From NCBI GenBank assembly GCA_965240325.2, contig OZ251242.1, positions 496,001 to 560,000 on the forward strand: a DNA stretch of 64,000 nucleotides, given 5' to 3'. This document shows, in pieces, positions 25,756 through 35,013 of the stretch. Every line of letters begins with the position of its first letter. Position 1 is the first letter of the stretch. The position numbers and the translations under genes were made by a program. This DNA comes from Rebecca billardiae RCC1528. Lineage: Eukaryota > Protista > Haptophyta. Under the pieces are notes generated by a model. It was not told the DNA's origin and ran no database searches. It was given only the letters and a program-made list of their open reading frames with translations.

Positions 25756-28700
25756 TCACAGCAGGGGATTGCCCTTATTCTTGTCCACCATCACACGCTG
25801 ACGCACGCGCGGAAGCATGAAGATTGCAGCAGCGATTGTGCTCACAATGCAGCAGCATGCACCAGCAGCCAGGGCAACTATCTGCATGAGCAGGAGTTGA
25901 TGATGGCCACCAGAATCCGGCAGCCGTTGGGGCAGCGGTGAGGGCGGCTCACTCAGCTGTGACGGCGGCGGTGCTTCAGGAAGATACAGTGGAAGCACGT
26001 TTTGGAAGCCATGAACACCGCCCCATATCTTGGTATCGGCCACGTTCATTTCGTGCAGCACATACATCGAGCCGACCTCGGTCGGGATGGTGCCGCTTAC
26101 ACTGTTGAAATTCAGCTCCCTGTGCGTCGCGCGGCAAGCAGCACACACGCGTGAGCATTCCCCCTCAGCAGTGACGCCGGATCGAGGAGGCGCGCCACCA
26201 CCGGTGAGACTGGCGTGCACAAGGGGAACTGGGGATGGCGCTCATGGCATGGTGCCAGCAGCTAGAGGCGGCTGGCGGGCGCACGCGCGCGTACATTTTG
26301 ATGAGGCTGCCCATCGAGCCGACCTCGGTCGGGATGGTGCCGCCTAGGTCGTTATTGCGCAAGTTCCTGTGCATCGTGCAGGCATCCGCGCACGCGCGCG
26401 AGCACAGCGCCCTCAGCAGTGACGTCGGATCGAGGAGGCGCGCCGCCGCTGGCATGCACACGGGGGGCATGGTGCCCGCAGCGATGGGCGGCTGGCGGGC
26501 GCACGCGCGCATACATCTCTGTGAGGCTGCCCATCGAGCCAACCTCTGTCGGGATGGTGCTGCCTAGACGATTGCCGGGCAAGTACCTGTCGTACATCGG
26601 GCATGCAGCCGCGCACGCGCACGAGCATCGCGCGCCCAGCAGTGACGTCGGATCGAGGAGGCGCGCCGCCGCTGGCGTGCAAAGGGGGAGGGGGGGGGGG
26701 GGCATGGCATGGTGCCCGCAGCGATGGGCGGCTGGCGGGCGCGCACGCGCGCGTACATCTCGATAAGGCTGCCCATCGAGCCGACCTCGGTCGGGATGGT
26801 GCCGCGTACACTAGTGGCCCACTCAAGGTTCCTGTGCGTCGCGCGGGCAGCAGCGCACGCACGCGAGCATGGCGCCCTCAGCGCATGGCATGGTGCCCGC
26901 AGCGATGGGCGACTGGCGGGCGCACGCGCGCATACATCTCTGTGAGGCTGCCCATCGAGCCGACCTCGGTCGGGATGGTGCCGCTTACGCTGTTGTAACC
27001 CAGGGACCTGTCGTCGCACAGGCAGCAGTGCACACACGCGAGCATGGCGCCCTCAGCAGTGACGTCTGATCGAGGCGCGCCGCCGCTGGCGCGCAAATGA
27101 GGGCGGCGTGCATGGCATGATGCCCGCAGCGAGAGGTGGCTGGCAAGCACGCGCGAGCGTACATCTGGACGAGGCTGCCCATCGAGCCGACCTCGGTCGG
27201 GATGGTGCCGCGTACACTGTTGTCACTCAGGTCCCTGTTCGTCGCGCGGGCAGCAGCGCACGCACACGAGCATGGCGCCCTCAGCAGTGACGTCGGGGCG
27301 CGCCGCCGCTGGCGCGCACATGAGGGCGGCGCGCATGGCATGATGCCAGCAGCGAGAGGCGGCTGGCGACCACGCGCGCGCTTACATCTGGACGAGGCTG
27401 CCCATCGAGCCGACCTCGGTCGGGATGGTGCTGGTTAAACTGTTATAATCAAGGCTCCTGTACGTCGCGCGGGCAGCAGTGCACGCACGCGAGCATGGCG
27501 CCCTCAGCAGTGACGTCGGGGCGCGCCGCCGCTGGCGCGCACATGAGGGCGGCGCGCATGGCATGATGCCAGCAGCGAGAGGCGGCTGGCAACCACGCAC
27601 GCATACATCTGGACGAGGCTGCCCATCGAGCCGACCTCGGTCGGGATGGTGCCGCCAAAACTCTCGCCCCAAGCGCCCGAGAGACTTCTGTGCGTCGCGC
27701 GGGCAGCAGTGCACGCGCACGAGCACCGCGCCCTCAGCAGTGACTTCGGGTCGAGGCGCGCCGCAGCCGGCGCGCACACGCGGGCGGCGCGCATCGCATG
27801 GTGCCCGCAGCGAGAGGCAACCGTTAGGCATGCACGTGCTTACATGTAAGTGAGGCTGCCCATCGAGCCGACCTCTGTCGGGATGGTGCCGCTTTTGTTG
27901 GATGTCAGCTTCCTGTGCGCGGCGCGGGCAGCAGCGCACGCGCGCGAGCACCGCGCCCTCAGCAGCGACTTCGGGTCGAGGCGCGTCGCTGCCGGCGCGC
28001 ACACGCGGGCGGCGCGCATCCCATGGTGCCCGCTCGAGAGGCGGCCGGCAGGCATGCACGTGCTTACATGTAGGTGAGGCTGCCCATCGAGCCGATCTCG
28101 GTCGGGATGGTGCCGCTTACACTGCCCGCGTGCAGGTCCCTGTGCGTCGCGCGGGCAGCAGCGCACACGAGTGAGCACTGCGCCCTCAGCAGTGACGTCC
28201 GATCGAGGAGGCGTGCCGCCGCCGGCGTGCAAAAGGGGGCGGCGCGCATGGCATGGTGCCCGCAGCGAGAGGCGGCCGGCAGGCATGCACGTGCTTACAT
28301 GTAGGCGAGGCTGCCCATCGAGCCGATCTCGGTCGGGATGGTGCCGCTGAAAGCGCCGTAATCCAGCTTCCTGTGCGTCGCGCGGGCAGCAGCACACGCG
28401 TGCAAGACGCGCCCTCAGCAGTGACGTCGGATCGAGGAGGCGCGCCGCCGCCGGCGCGCACAAGGGGGCGGCGCGCATGGCATGGTGCCCGCAGCGAGAG
28501 GCGGTCGGCGGATGCATGCGCGGGCGCACATTGAGGTGAGGCTGCCCACCGAGCTGAACTCGGTCGGGATGGTGCCGCCCATTTGCCCGCCTTGCCCATA
28601 ATACAGGTTCCTGTGCGTCGCGCGGGCAGCAGCGCACGCGCGCGAGCACCGCGCCCTCAGCAGTGACGTCGGATTGAGGCGCGCCGCCGCTGGAGCGCAC

Positions 28701-29169
28701 GTGGGGAGGAGGGGGGCGCACACACGACATGGTGCCCGCCACGATGAAAGCAGCGCGCACGCGGGGGGCTTTCAGCAATGGCAGACGATCGCGCGTACAA
28801 TTGAGTGCATGTTGCCGTGTTGGAGATACATTCTGCGAAAATCGAATTGCTTCCGTCCGTATGGGCGGCGGCGAGGCGCGCCATCGTGAGCATAGTGGCA
28901 GCCGTCAGCGCTGGTGCACAGCCGGTGCCTGCCGCGCTGGCGCAACGAATCGGCCGCGGCGCTCGGGTGCAGCAGCCCGTGGCGGGCGAGGCGGCCACAA
29001 CTAGGAGACCGAGCGCGACGGCAGCAGATACAAGGATGCCGCCGCCCGCCGCCGTCGTGTTGATCTGCTGGGGTGCGCTGCTCGCCGTGGCGATGAGGAG
29101 CGTGCCGATGGTGAAGGCTGCCACCGCCCACGGAGAGCGTGTCGCCTGGCGCGAGTCATCGAGCTTCAT
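25756..29169 (-). CDS. LRR receptor-like membrane protein, about 514 aa, 13 exons: 29169-28799, 28610-28530, 28370-28299, 28139-28068, 27912-27844, 27687-27607, 27457-27386, 27234-27163, 27007-26936, 26831-26757, 26586-26515, 26366-26295, 26119-25756
   Basis: All 12 introns are GT..AG and phase 2, and the spliced length of 1545 nt is in frame. Each internal exon encodes one plant-type LRR, xLxxNxxxGTIPTEVGSMGSLxxM. Hydrophobic N-terminus with a CxxxxxxC cap; the last exon has a Pro-rich stalk, TM (IVALAAGACCCIVSTIAAAIFML) and a short basic tail. Confidence 0.85.
26062..28740. repeat. Tandem array of about 225-bp exon+intron units (12 copies)
   Basis: Recurrent GAGGCTGCCCATCGAGCCGACCTCGGTCGGGATGGTGCC (exon) and GCCCTCAGCAGTGACGTC / CATGGTGCCCGCAGCGA (intron). 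Confidence 0.95.
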
Positions 29170-29584
29170 GGCGGGTGGTCCCCGAACCTCCAGGGGTCGT
29201 CGCTCGCACTTTCCGTGGCTCCGAGGAGGTGGTCTGGGACGCACTCAAATCATTCATGCATCATCAATCGACAATCAGGCGAAGGTTTGTATGTATGAAA
29301 GTAAACGATACATAGGAAAAAGTATTATATTGGTCACTATTGGACGCCTCGCGCGCGAACAATGTCGTATTTGCCAATACATACTGTGTGTGCACGTTAA
29401 ATCATAGTAAGCTGTTCGCGGTGAAGTTATCAGCGGCTGATGAGGCAGAATAATAATATCGTATTTTTAAATTGCGCGCCAGGCTGTCGGCAGGAAGGAT
29501 GGCTGTGATGCGATGCCGCCGCCAGCAGCGCGCATCGGCGCCGTCCCGCTGCTAGCTCGAGGGTGACGAGAGCTCTCGCGCGCG

Positions 29585-31306
29585 ATGTACGCGAGCCGCA
29601 TCGCCGCGCTCGAGCAGCAGCGCATGCACGAGGGCCCCGCCGGCCTGCGCGGGCTCAACGACGAGCCATGCGCGCTCTGCGCCGCGCCCGTCTTCCAGCG
29701 CGAGCGCGTGCGCGTGCCGGTGCGCGGGCTCGACGTCGACCTGCTCATTCACCGCGCGTGCTTCAAGTGCGCGGCGTGCCGCCGCCCGCTCTCCCTCGCA
29801 AAGTACGCCTGCACGCCCGCGTCGGAGGGCGCGCCGCACGTCATGTACTGCCTCGACCACGACCCCGACCGCGCGCCGGCGGCTCGGCCGGATGCGCCCG
29901 ACGACGTCGCGGAGACGGCCGGCGGGAGTGGCGCGGAGCGGGACGTGGAGGGCGGCGCGCAGCGCGTGGGCACGGCGCGCGCGCGCCAGCCAGCGCGGCG
30001 GTGCCCTCGGCTGGCCGACGCGTGGCGCTGTGCCGCGCTCGCCGCGCTGTGCGCCGCGCACACGCTGCTCGTGCGCACGGCCGCAGGAGCCGACGGTGGC
30101 GGCCCCGACGCCGCCGACACGCACGGCGGCCCTGACGGCGTCGGCGCGCACGCCGGCGGCTACCCGTTCCACCCGGCGAGCATGTGCCTCGCGATTGAGG
30201 CGCTCAAGCTCGGCGGCTCCCTCTGCGCGCTGGCGCTGCCTGCGAAGGGCGGCGCGCGCCGGCCCGCGCCGCGCGCCGCCGCGCCGCGCACGCGCGCGGC
30301 GGCGTGCGCGGCGCTCGGCGCGTGCGCGGTGGCGGGCGCCGCGCAGTGCGTGTGCGCCCTGCTCCGCTTCGCGTGCCTCGCGCGCGTCTCGGCGCCGACG
30401 TTCCGCACGCTCCTCAACGCGGACCTTCTCTTTACGACGCTGCTCGCGCGCGGCTGCGGCCGCGAGCAGCTGCGTGCGCTCTCTGCCCGCGAGCGGGGCG
30501 TGGCTGTGCTCACGGTGGTCGGCTGCGCCCTCGCGCAGCTTGACGCGCGGCAGCGGGCGCTGCCGCCCGCCTGGCTCGGTCTGCTCGTGCTCCAGGCAGC
30601 GCTGGGCAGCCTCGGCCGCGCGGCCTCGCACGCCGTGCTCCGGGCGAGCGGGCAGCGAGCACAACCGCTCGGCGCGTGGCAGCAGCGCGCGGCGCAGAGC
30701 GGCTTCGCCACGCTCGCGCTCGCGGCGTTCATCGCCGCGCGCGCGCCGGAGCTCCTCGCGAGCAGCGGCGCGTTCCTCGCCGGGCACGGCACGCGCGCGG
30801 CGCTGGCCGTGCTCGTGAGCGGCGCGCTCGCCGGCCTCGCCGCCGCGGACCCGCCGCGCACACTGCCGCCGCCCGCCGCGGAGCTCTCGATCGGCGCGGA
30901 GACGGCGCTGACAGCGCTCGCGGCGTGCGCGCTGCTCGGCGCGCGCCCCTCCGCGGGGCTCAAGCTGGGCACGGCGATGGTGGTCGGCGCTCGGGTGCTC
31001 CACGCCATGGGCGCCGCCGGCCCGTCCTCGCGCGAGACCTCCCGGCGCGTGGCGCGCGGCCGTGCGCACGGGGTGCACGTGCCGGGCGCCGCTGACGGCT
31101 CGGATGACGACGAGTCATGCGACGAGGAGTCGCCCCTCGCGCCCTCGGCCCGCGACGACGACCACGCGGCCTTCCGCGCGGGCCCCACGACGACGCCGAT
31201 GGATGCCGTGGTGATCGCCTCGCCTGGCTGCCCTGTGGCGGGCGACGACCACGCCGGCAGGCGCGGCCGAACGAAACGTCGCTCGGGCACCTGCAGGTAC
31301 CAGTAG
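29585..31306 (+). CDS. LIM-domain protein fused to a divergent SLC35A/nucleotide-sugar-transporter-like membrane domain
   Basis: CALC..HRACFKCAAC..YCLDH is a LIM pattern. YPFHPASMCLAIEALKL and ACLARVSAPTFRTLLNADLLFTTLL resemble SLC35A segments. Multiple hydrophobic helices. Confidence 0.6.
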   Translation: MYASRIAALEQQRMHEGPAGLRGLNDEPCALCAAPVFQRERVRVPVRGLDVDLLIHRACFKCAACRRPLSLAKYACTPASEGAPHVMYCLDHDPDRAPAARPDAPDDVAETAGGSGAERDVEGGAQRVGTARARQPARRCPRLADAWRCAALAALCAAHTLLVRTAAGADGGGPDAADTHGGPDGVGAHAGGYPFHPASMCLAIEALKLGGSLCALALPAKGGARRPAPRAAAPRTRAAACAALGACAVAGAAQCVCALLRFACLARVSAPTFRTLLNADLLFTTLLARGCGREQLRALSARERGVAVLTVVGCALAQLDARQRALPPAWLGLLVLQAALGSLGRAASHAVLRASGQRAQPLGAWQQRAAQSGFATLALAAFIAARAPELLASSGAFLAGHGTRAALAVLVSGALAGLAAADPPRTLPPPAAELSIGAETALTALAACALLGARPSAGLKLGTAMVVGARVLHAMGAAGPSSRETSRRVARGRAHGVHVPGAADGSDDDESCDEESPLAPSARDDDHAAFRAGPTTTPMDAVVIASPGCPVAGDDHAGRRGRTKRRSGTCRYQ

Positions 31307-31609
31307 GGCTATAGCTGCTGTGCGCGCCGCGGACCGACGGCAGGCCGCGAGCCCGACGTAACTACTACTCGATCACGCGCACTATAATAACTACTCGCCG
31401 ACGTAGTGCCAGCCTGCGCCTGATGATGCGCTGATTACGTTAGCGCAACGACTGAGACTGGATACATATATATCGATATGACGACATATATCTGTGCGCG
31501 GTCGTGCGGCGGAAGCAGCAGCGCAGTCTCATCGTCTGTCGGGCTACCCCATCGGCATCACCATTAGCGCATGCAATAAGCCCGATCAGCAAGACTGCTA
31601 GGATCACTG

Positions 31610-34201
31610 CTACAACGGCAGGACCACGTCACACCCTGCCGGCTTGGCCACGCCGTGGTACACGCCGATCGGCACGTGCCCCACCTCGAGCCCGGCGGGC
31701 GGCGTCACGATCGTCGCCGGGTCGAGCCGCGCGAGCCCGCCCTCGCGCGGCGCGGCGGCTCCGCGCGGCTTGATCCACGCCCGGTTCGCCCGATCCGCGT
31801 CGAGGTAGCGATGCAGTGCGGCGATGCGCGCCTGCATGTGCGCCTTCTCCCCCGAGCTCAGCCCGGCCGACTGCAGCGCCGGCTGGTCGGCGAAGCGGTA
31901 CCAGCGGAACGCGAGCCACGCCGGCCACGCGTTGCGCACGCAGAACAGCCGCGCGTCCGCGGGCCCGGGCTCGGTGTAGCAGCGCGAGGGCCCTTCCGAC
32001 GCGCGGCCGATCGGCCCCGCGGCCGTGTCGACGGGCTCGTCGGTCCAGTCGGGGCGCACGGGCGGGACGGGGGAGGCGCGCAGCTCGGCGGGCGCGGCCG
32101 ACTCGTCGATGGGCCACTCGTTCGCGTCGAAGTACTCGGGCACCCGGCCGTCGGGCAGGTCGGTGCGCACCGACCAGACGCAGTCGCCCTCCGCGCCCTC
32201 GCGCGCCGTGGTGAGCGTGCCCACGCGGAAGCCGACGCCGTGCGCCACGGTGACGACAGCGGGGTACTCGGAGTGGCGGGGGCACTGCGCGGGCGTGCCG
32301 TTGCGCATGAGGCCTGCCGCGTCGAGCCGCACCTCGCCGGAGCCCCCCGGCGCGACGGCCGCCGCGAGCGCGTCCGCGAGCGGCCCGTACACGTCCGCCG
32401 CGCCGTACCCTCTGAAGCCCATCGTCAGCACCGTGCGGCCGCCATGCTGCCGGAAGCGCATCTTCGGGATGCGGTACGCGCCCGTCCGGGCGGAGTGCAT
32501 CCCGCGCTGCGGCCAGAACTCGGCCGAGCCGACGCCGCCGCCCGATTCGATGCCGATGCCGCGCGTCGAGAAGTCGGGCACGTGCGCCGACTGCGCCTCC
32601 CACCCGGCCACCCGCCACTGCCACAAGTCCGGCCGCACGTACGACACCGGACCTTTCCAGTTGGCCGCGTCGAGCACGTACGTCCAGCAGTTGCGCGCGT
32701 CGTCCGGACTCGTCTCGCACAGCGGCGTGAGCACGACGGCGTTGCCCAGCAGGCCGGGCCCGCCGAGCGCGCTGAAGCCGCCCGGCGGGAGCACGAGCCG
32801 GTTCGTCACGATCACGTCGCGGTTGAGCTGCAGGCTGCACGCGCCCTGAAACATGGGCAGAGCAGCGCGCGCGGCGGTCGCGAGCTCGGCGTGCGGCCCG
32901 TAGGCGCCCCAGTAGCCGGCGGCGCTGGCGCCCGAGGGGATCCACCACGGGTGCCGCGTGTCCTTCGGGCCGTAGCCCACGCCGCCCTCCATCACCTGCC
33001 ACAGCCCCTGGCAGTACCCACACGCCCACGGCGTGGGCGAGGGGCCGCCCGCGCCGCACCCGCACACGTCCGCTGCGGCCCACGGCACGCGCAGCGGGCG
33101 CATCCACGAGCCGCCGATGGCGACGAACGTGCCGTAGCTCTCCGGGTAGAGGTCGAGCACGCGCATGTACCAGCTGAAGCCCGCGTCCGCCTCCGGGTTC
33201 GAAGCCTCCGCCCGCCAGTACAGGCTCCGGCCCCGCACCTCGCGCACCGCGCCCGTGAAGACGTGGCCGCTGGGCGCGGCGGCGCACGCGCACAGCCGGA
33301 GCGCGCCCGCGGGTGGCTGCGCGGCGCACGTGACCGCGGAGGCGTGCGCGGGGCTCGCGGCCACCATGCACGTGCCGCCCATTGCGGACTGGTTCGCCCA
33401 CACGCGCGGCAGCGCCGCGTCGGCGACCTCTCCCGCCGCCTGCGTCACCTCCGCGCAGCGGCTGCCGCGCGCCGAGAGCGACGCCAGCCGCACGCGCGCC
33501 GCCGCGTGCTGCGGCGACGCGCCGCCACGGATGGCGTCGAGGTCGCAGACGAGGCTGCGGGCCTCGCAGGCGAGCTCGCACGACTCCCCCGGCCCCGCAG
33601 CGAGCCACTCTGCATCGCCCGCAGGCGGCAACGGCGGCACGGGCGGAGGCGTCGGAGGCGGCGACGGCGGCGGCGGCGCATACGGAGCGTCTGCCACTGC
33701 CGAGTCGGCCGTGCAGAGGCACGCGCGGCTGTTGTGCGGCTGAGGGCGCGCGCGGCACCAGCGCGAGGGCGCCTCCTCTGGGGGGCGGTCCGGCATCATG
33801 CACTTGCCACGCCAGTCCCCGCAGAAGGCCGTCGTGCACACGATCGGAAGCGCTGCCCAGAGCGCGTCGCTCGGCCACACGCGCACCTCGCCGGCGGTGC
33901 ACGCCCAGCTGCTGCCGCTGCGGCGCAGGGCGGAGGCGAGCGCGCTCGCGGACGAGGAGAGGGTTGCATACTCGCGCGCGTCGCAGCGGAGCCCGAGACT
34001 CGCGCACGCATCCGCGCACGAGGACCCCTCATGAGCGAGGAGAAATAAGCTCGCCTCGGGCGTGCGCGCGGCGACGCCGTCACTGTGGCGCTGGCGCTCG
34101 GCGGCAGGGGACCAGATCGCAGCAGCACAGAAGAGAACCGCCCCTGCAAGAGCAATGGCGAGAGCTGCTGCAGCACGCGCGCGTGGGCTCGGCACTACCA
34201 T
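31610..34201 (-). CDS. Secreted or membrane-anchored protein with two Cys-rich modules and a large uncharacterised C-terminal domain
   Basis: Long intronless ORF with complex composition. Signal/TM AAAALAIALAGAVLFCAAAIW; repeated GxSCxxACxxxxLxC...RxCxC modules; Trp/Tyr-rich C-terminal domain. Confidence 0.7.
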   Translation of the reverse strand: MVVPSPRARAAAALAIALAGAVLFCAAAIWSPAAERQRHSDGVAARTPEASLFLLAHEGSSCADACASLGLRCDAREYATLSSSASALASALRRSGSSWACTAGEVRVWPSDALWAALPIVCTTAFCGDWRGKCMMPDRPPEEAPSRWCRARPQPHNSRACLCTADSAVADAPYAPPPPSPPPTPPPVPPLPPAGDAEWLAAGPGESCELACEARSLVCDLDAIRGGASPQHAAARVRLASLSARGSRCAEVTQAAGEVADAALPRVWANQSAMGGTCMVAASPAHASAVTCAAQPPAGALRLCACAAAPSGHVFTGAVREVRGRSLYWRAEASNPEADAGFSWYMRVLDLYPESYGTFVAIGGSWMRPLRVPWAAADVCGCGAGGPSPTPWACGYCQGLWQVMEGGVGYGPKDTRHPWWIPSGASAAGYWGAYGPHAELATAARAALPMFQGACSLQLNRDVIVTNRLVLPPGGFSALGGPGLLGNAVVLTPLCETSPDDARNCWTYVLDAANWKGPVSYVRPDLWQWRVAGWEAQSAHVPDFSTRGIGIESGGGVGSAEFWPQRGMHSARTGAYRIPKMRFRQHGGRTVLTMGFRGYGAADVYGPLADALAAAVAPGGSGEVRLDAAGLMRNGTPAQCPRHSEYPAVVTVAHGVGFRVGTLTTAREGAEGDCVWSVRTDLPDGRVPEYFDANEWPIDESAAPAELRASPVPPVRPDWTDEPVDTAAGPIGRASEGPSRCYTEPGPADARLFCVRNAWPAWLAFRWYRFADQPALQSAGLSSGEKAHMQARIAALHRYLDADRANRAWIKPRGAAAPREGGLARLDPATIVTPPAGLEVGHVPIGVYHGVAKPAGCDVVLPL

Positions 34202-35013
34202 CGTCAGTGCCGCGCAGCGGCGTCGTGTGATGAGCTTCCGCGGCGCCCCCAACCGGTCGGTTCAGTGTTCGGAGACCCGCGCCCGCCGTCGGGCTCGGAA
34301 GGGGGCATGGCTGCCACTGACTGTGGTGGCGCGCGGTGGGCGACAAATATCTTGGTCGCGAGCTCGGCGCCCAGTGCCCGCCAGCATCGTCGGAGATGGG
34401 CTACTACTGTAGCATCCTTCGATCGCAGGCCCTCCTACTGGTGCGCTTGAGCCGACATCTCGCGCGCTCTTGAGGCCCGCGTACGTTCTTGCAGGCTCGT
34501 TGGCCGACCGGGCCATTCGGCCGGTGTCGACTCAAAGTACTCAAACGTGTGGGCGCGGCCAGGTGTAACAGCCGTTGAACGTGTTGGCGCGGTCCTGGCT
34601 GGCAGTCTTCTCATCGCTTGGCCGTGGCATGCGTTGCCTTGGTCTGAAAAAAAGCCACAAGCTATATAGAGAACGCGCGGCCAGTCGCCCGGAACCCGGC
34701 GCAGGCGGGGCCGGCGCGGCTGACCGGGACGCGGGTCGGACTCGCCAACGGTACCGGCGCGGCGGCGAGGGCGGAGCCGCGACATCACGTCGTACTCTAG
34801 ACCTGAGTGTCATCAGCAGCGGCAGGCGTATGAGAATACTGTCGTACGAATACGCGTCGCGTCGTTTACCACCGTAGTACTGACGACCGCTGTCTGTCGA
34901 CCGCAGTCGACCGCTGCAATTTGACATACGCGCGATGACGATCTGTGACGGCGACGAGAACGATGACGATGACGATGCCGCGATGATCAGCTTGCTGCTG
35001 CCTACTGGGCGGA

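Noticed and set aside
26295-28610. Diversity-generating retroelement acting on the LRR exons
   Set aside because: The variation includes indels and all four bases, there is no template/variable repeat pair, and the only RT nearby is copia-type.
26062-28740. CRISPR-like array (conserved ~40-bp repeat with variable neighbours)
   Set aside because: The repeat is the constant part of spliced LRR exons, the intervening DNA is itself repeated intron, and there are no cas genes.
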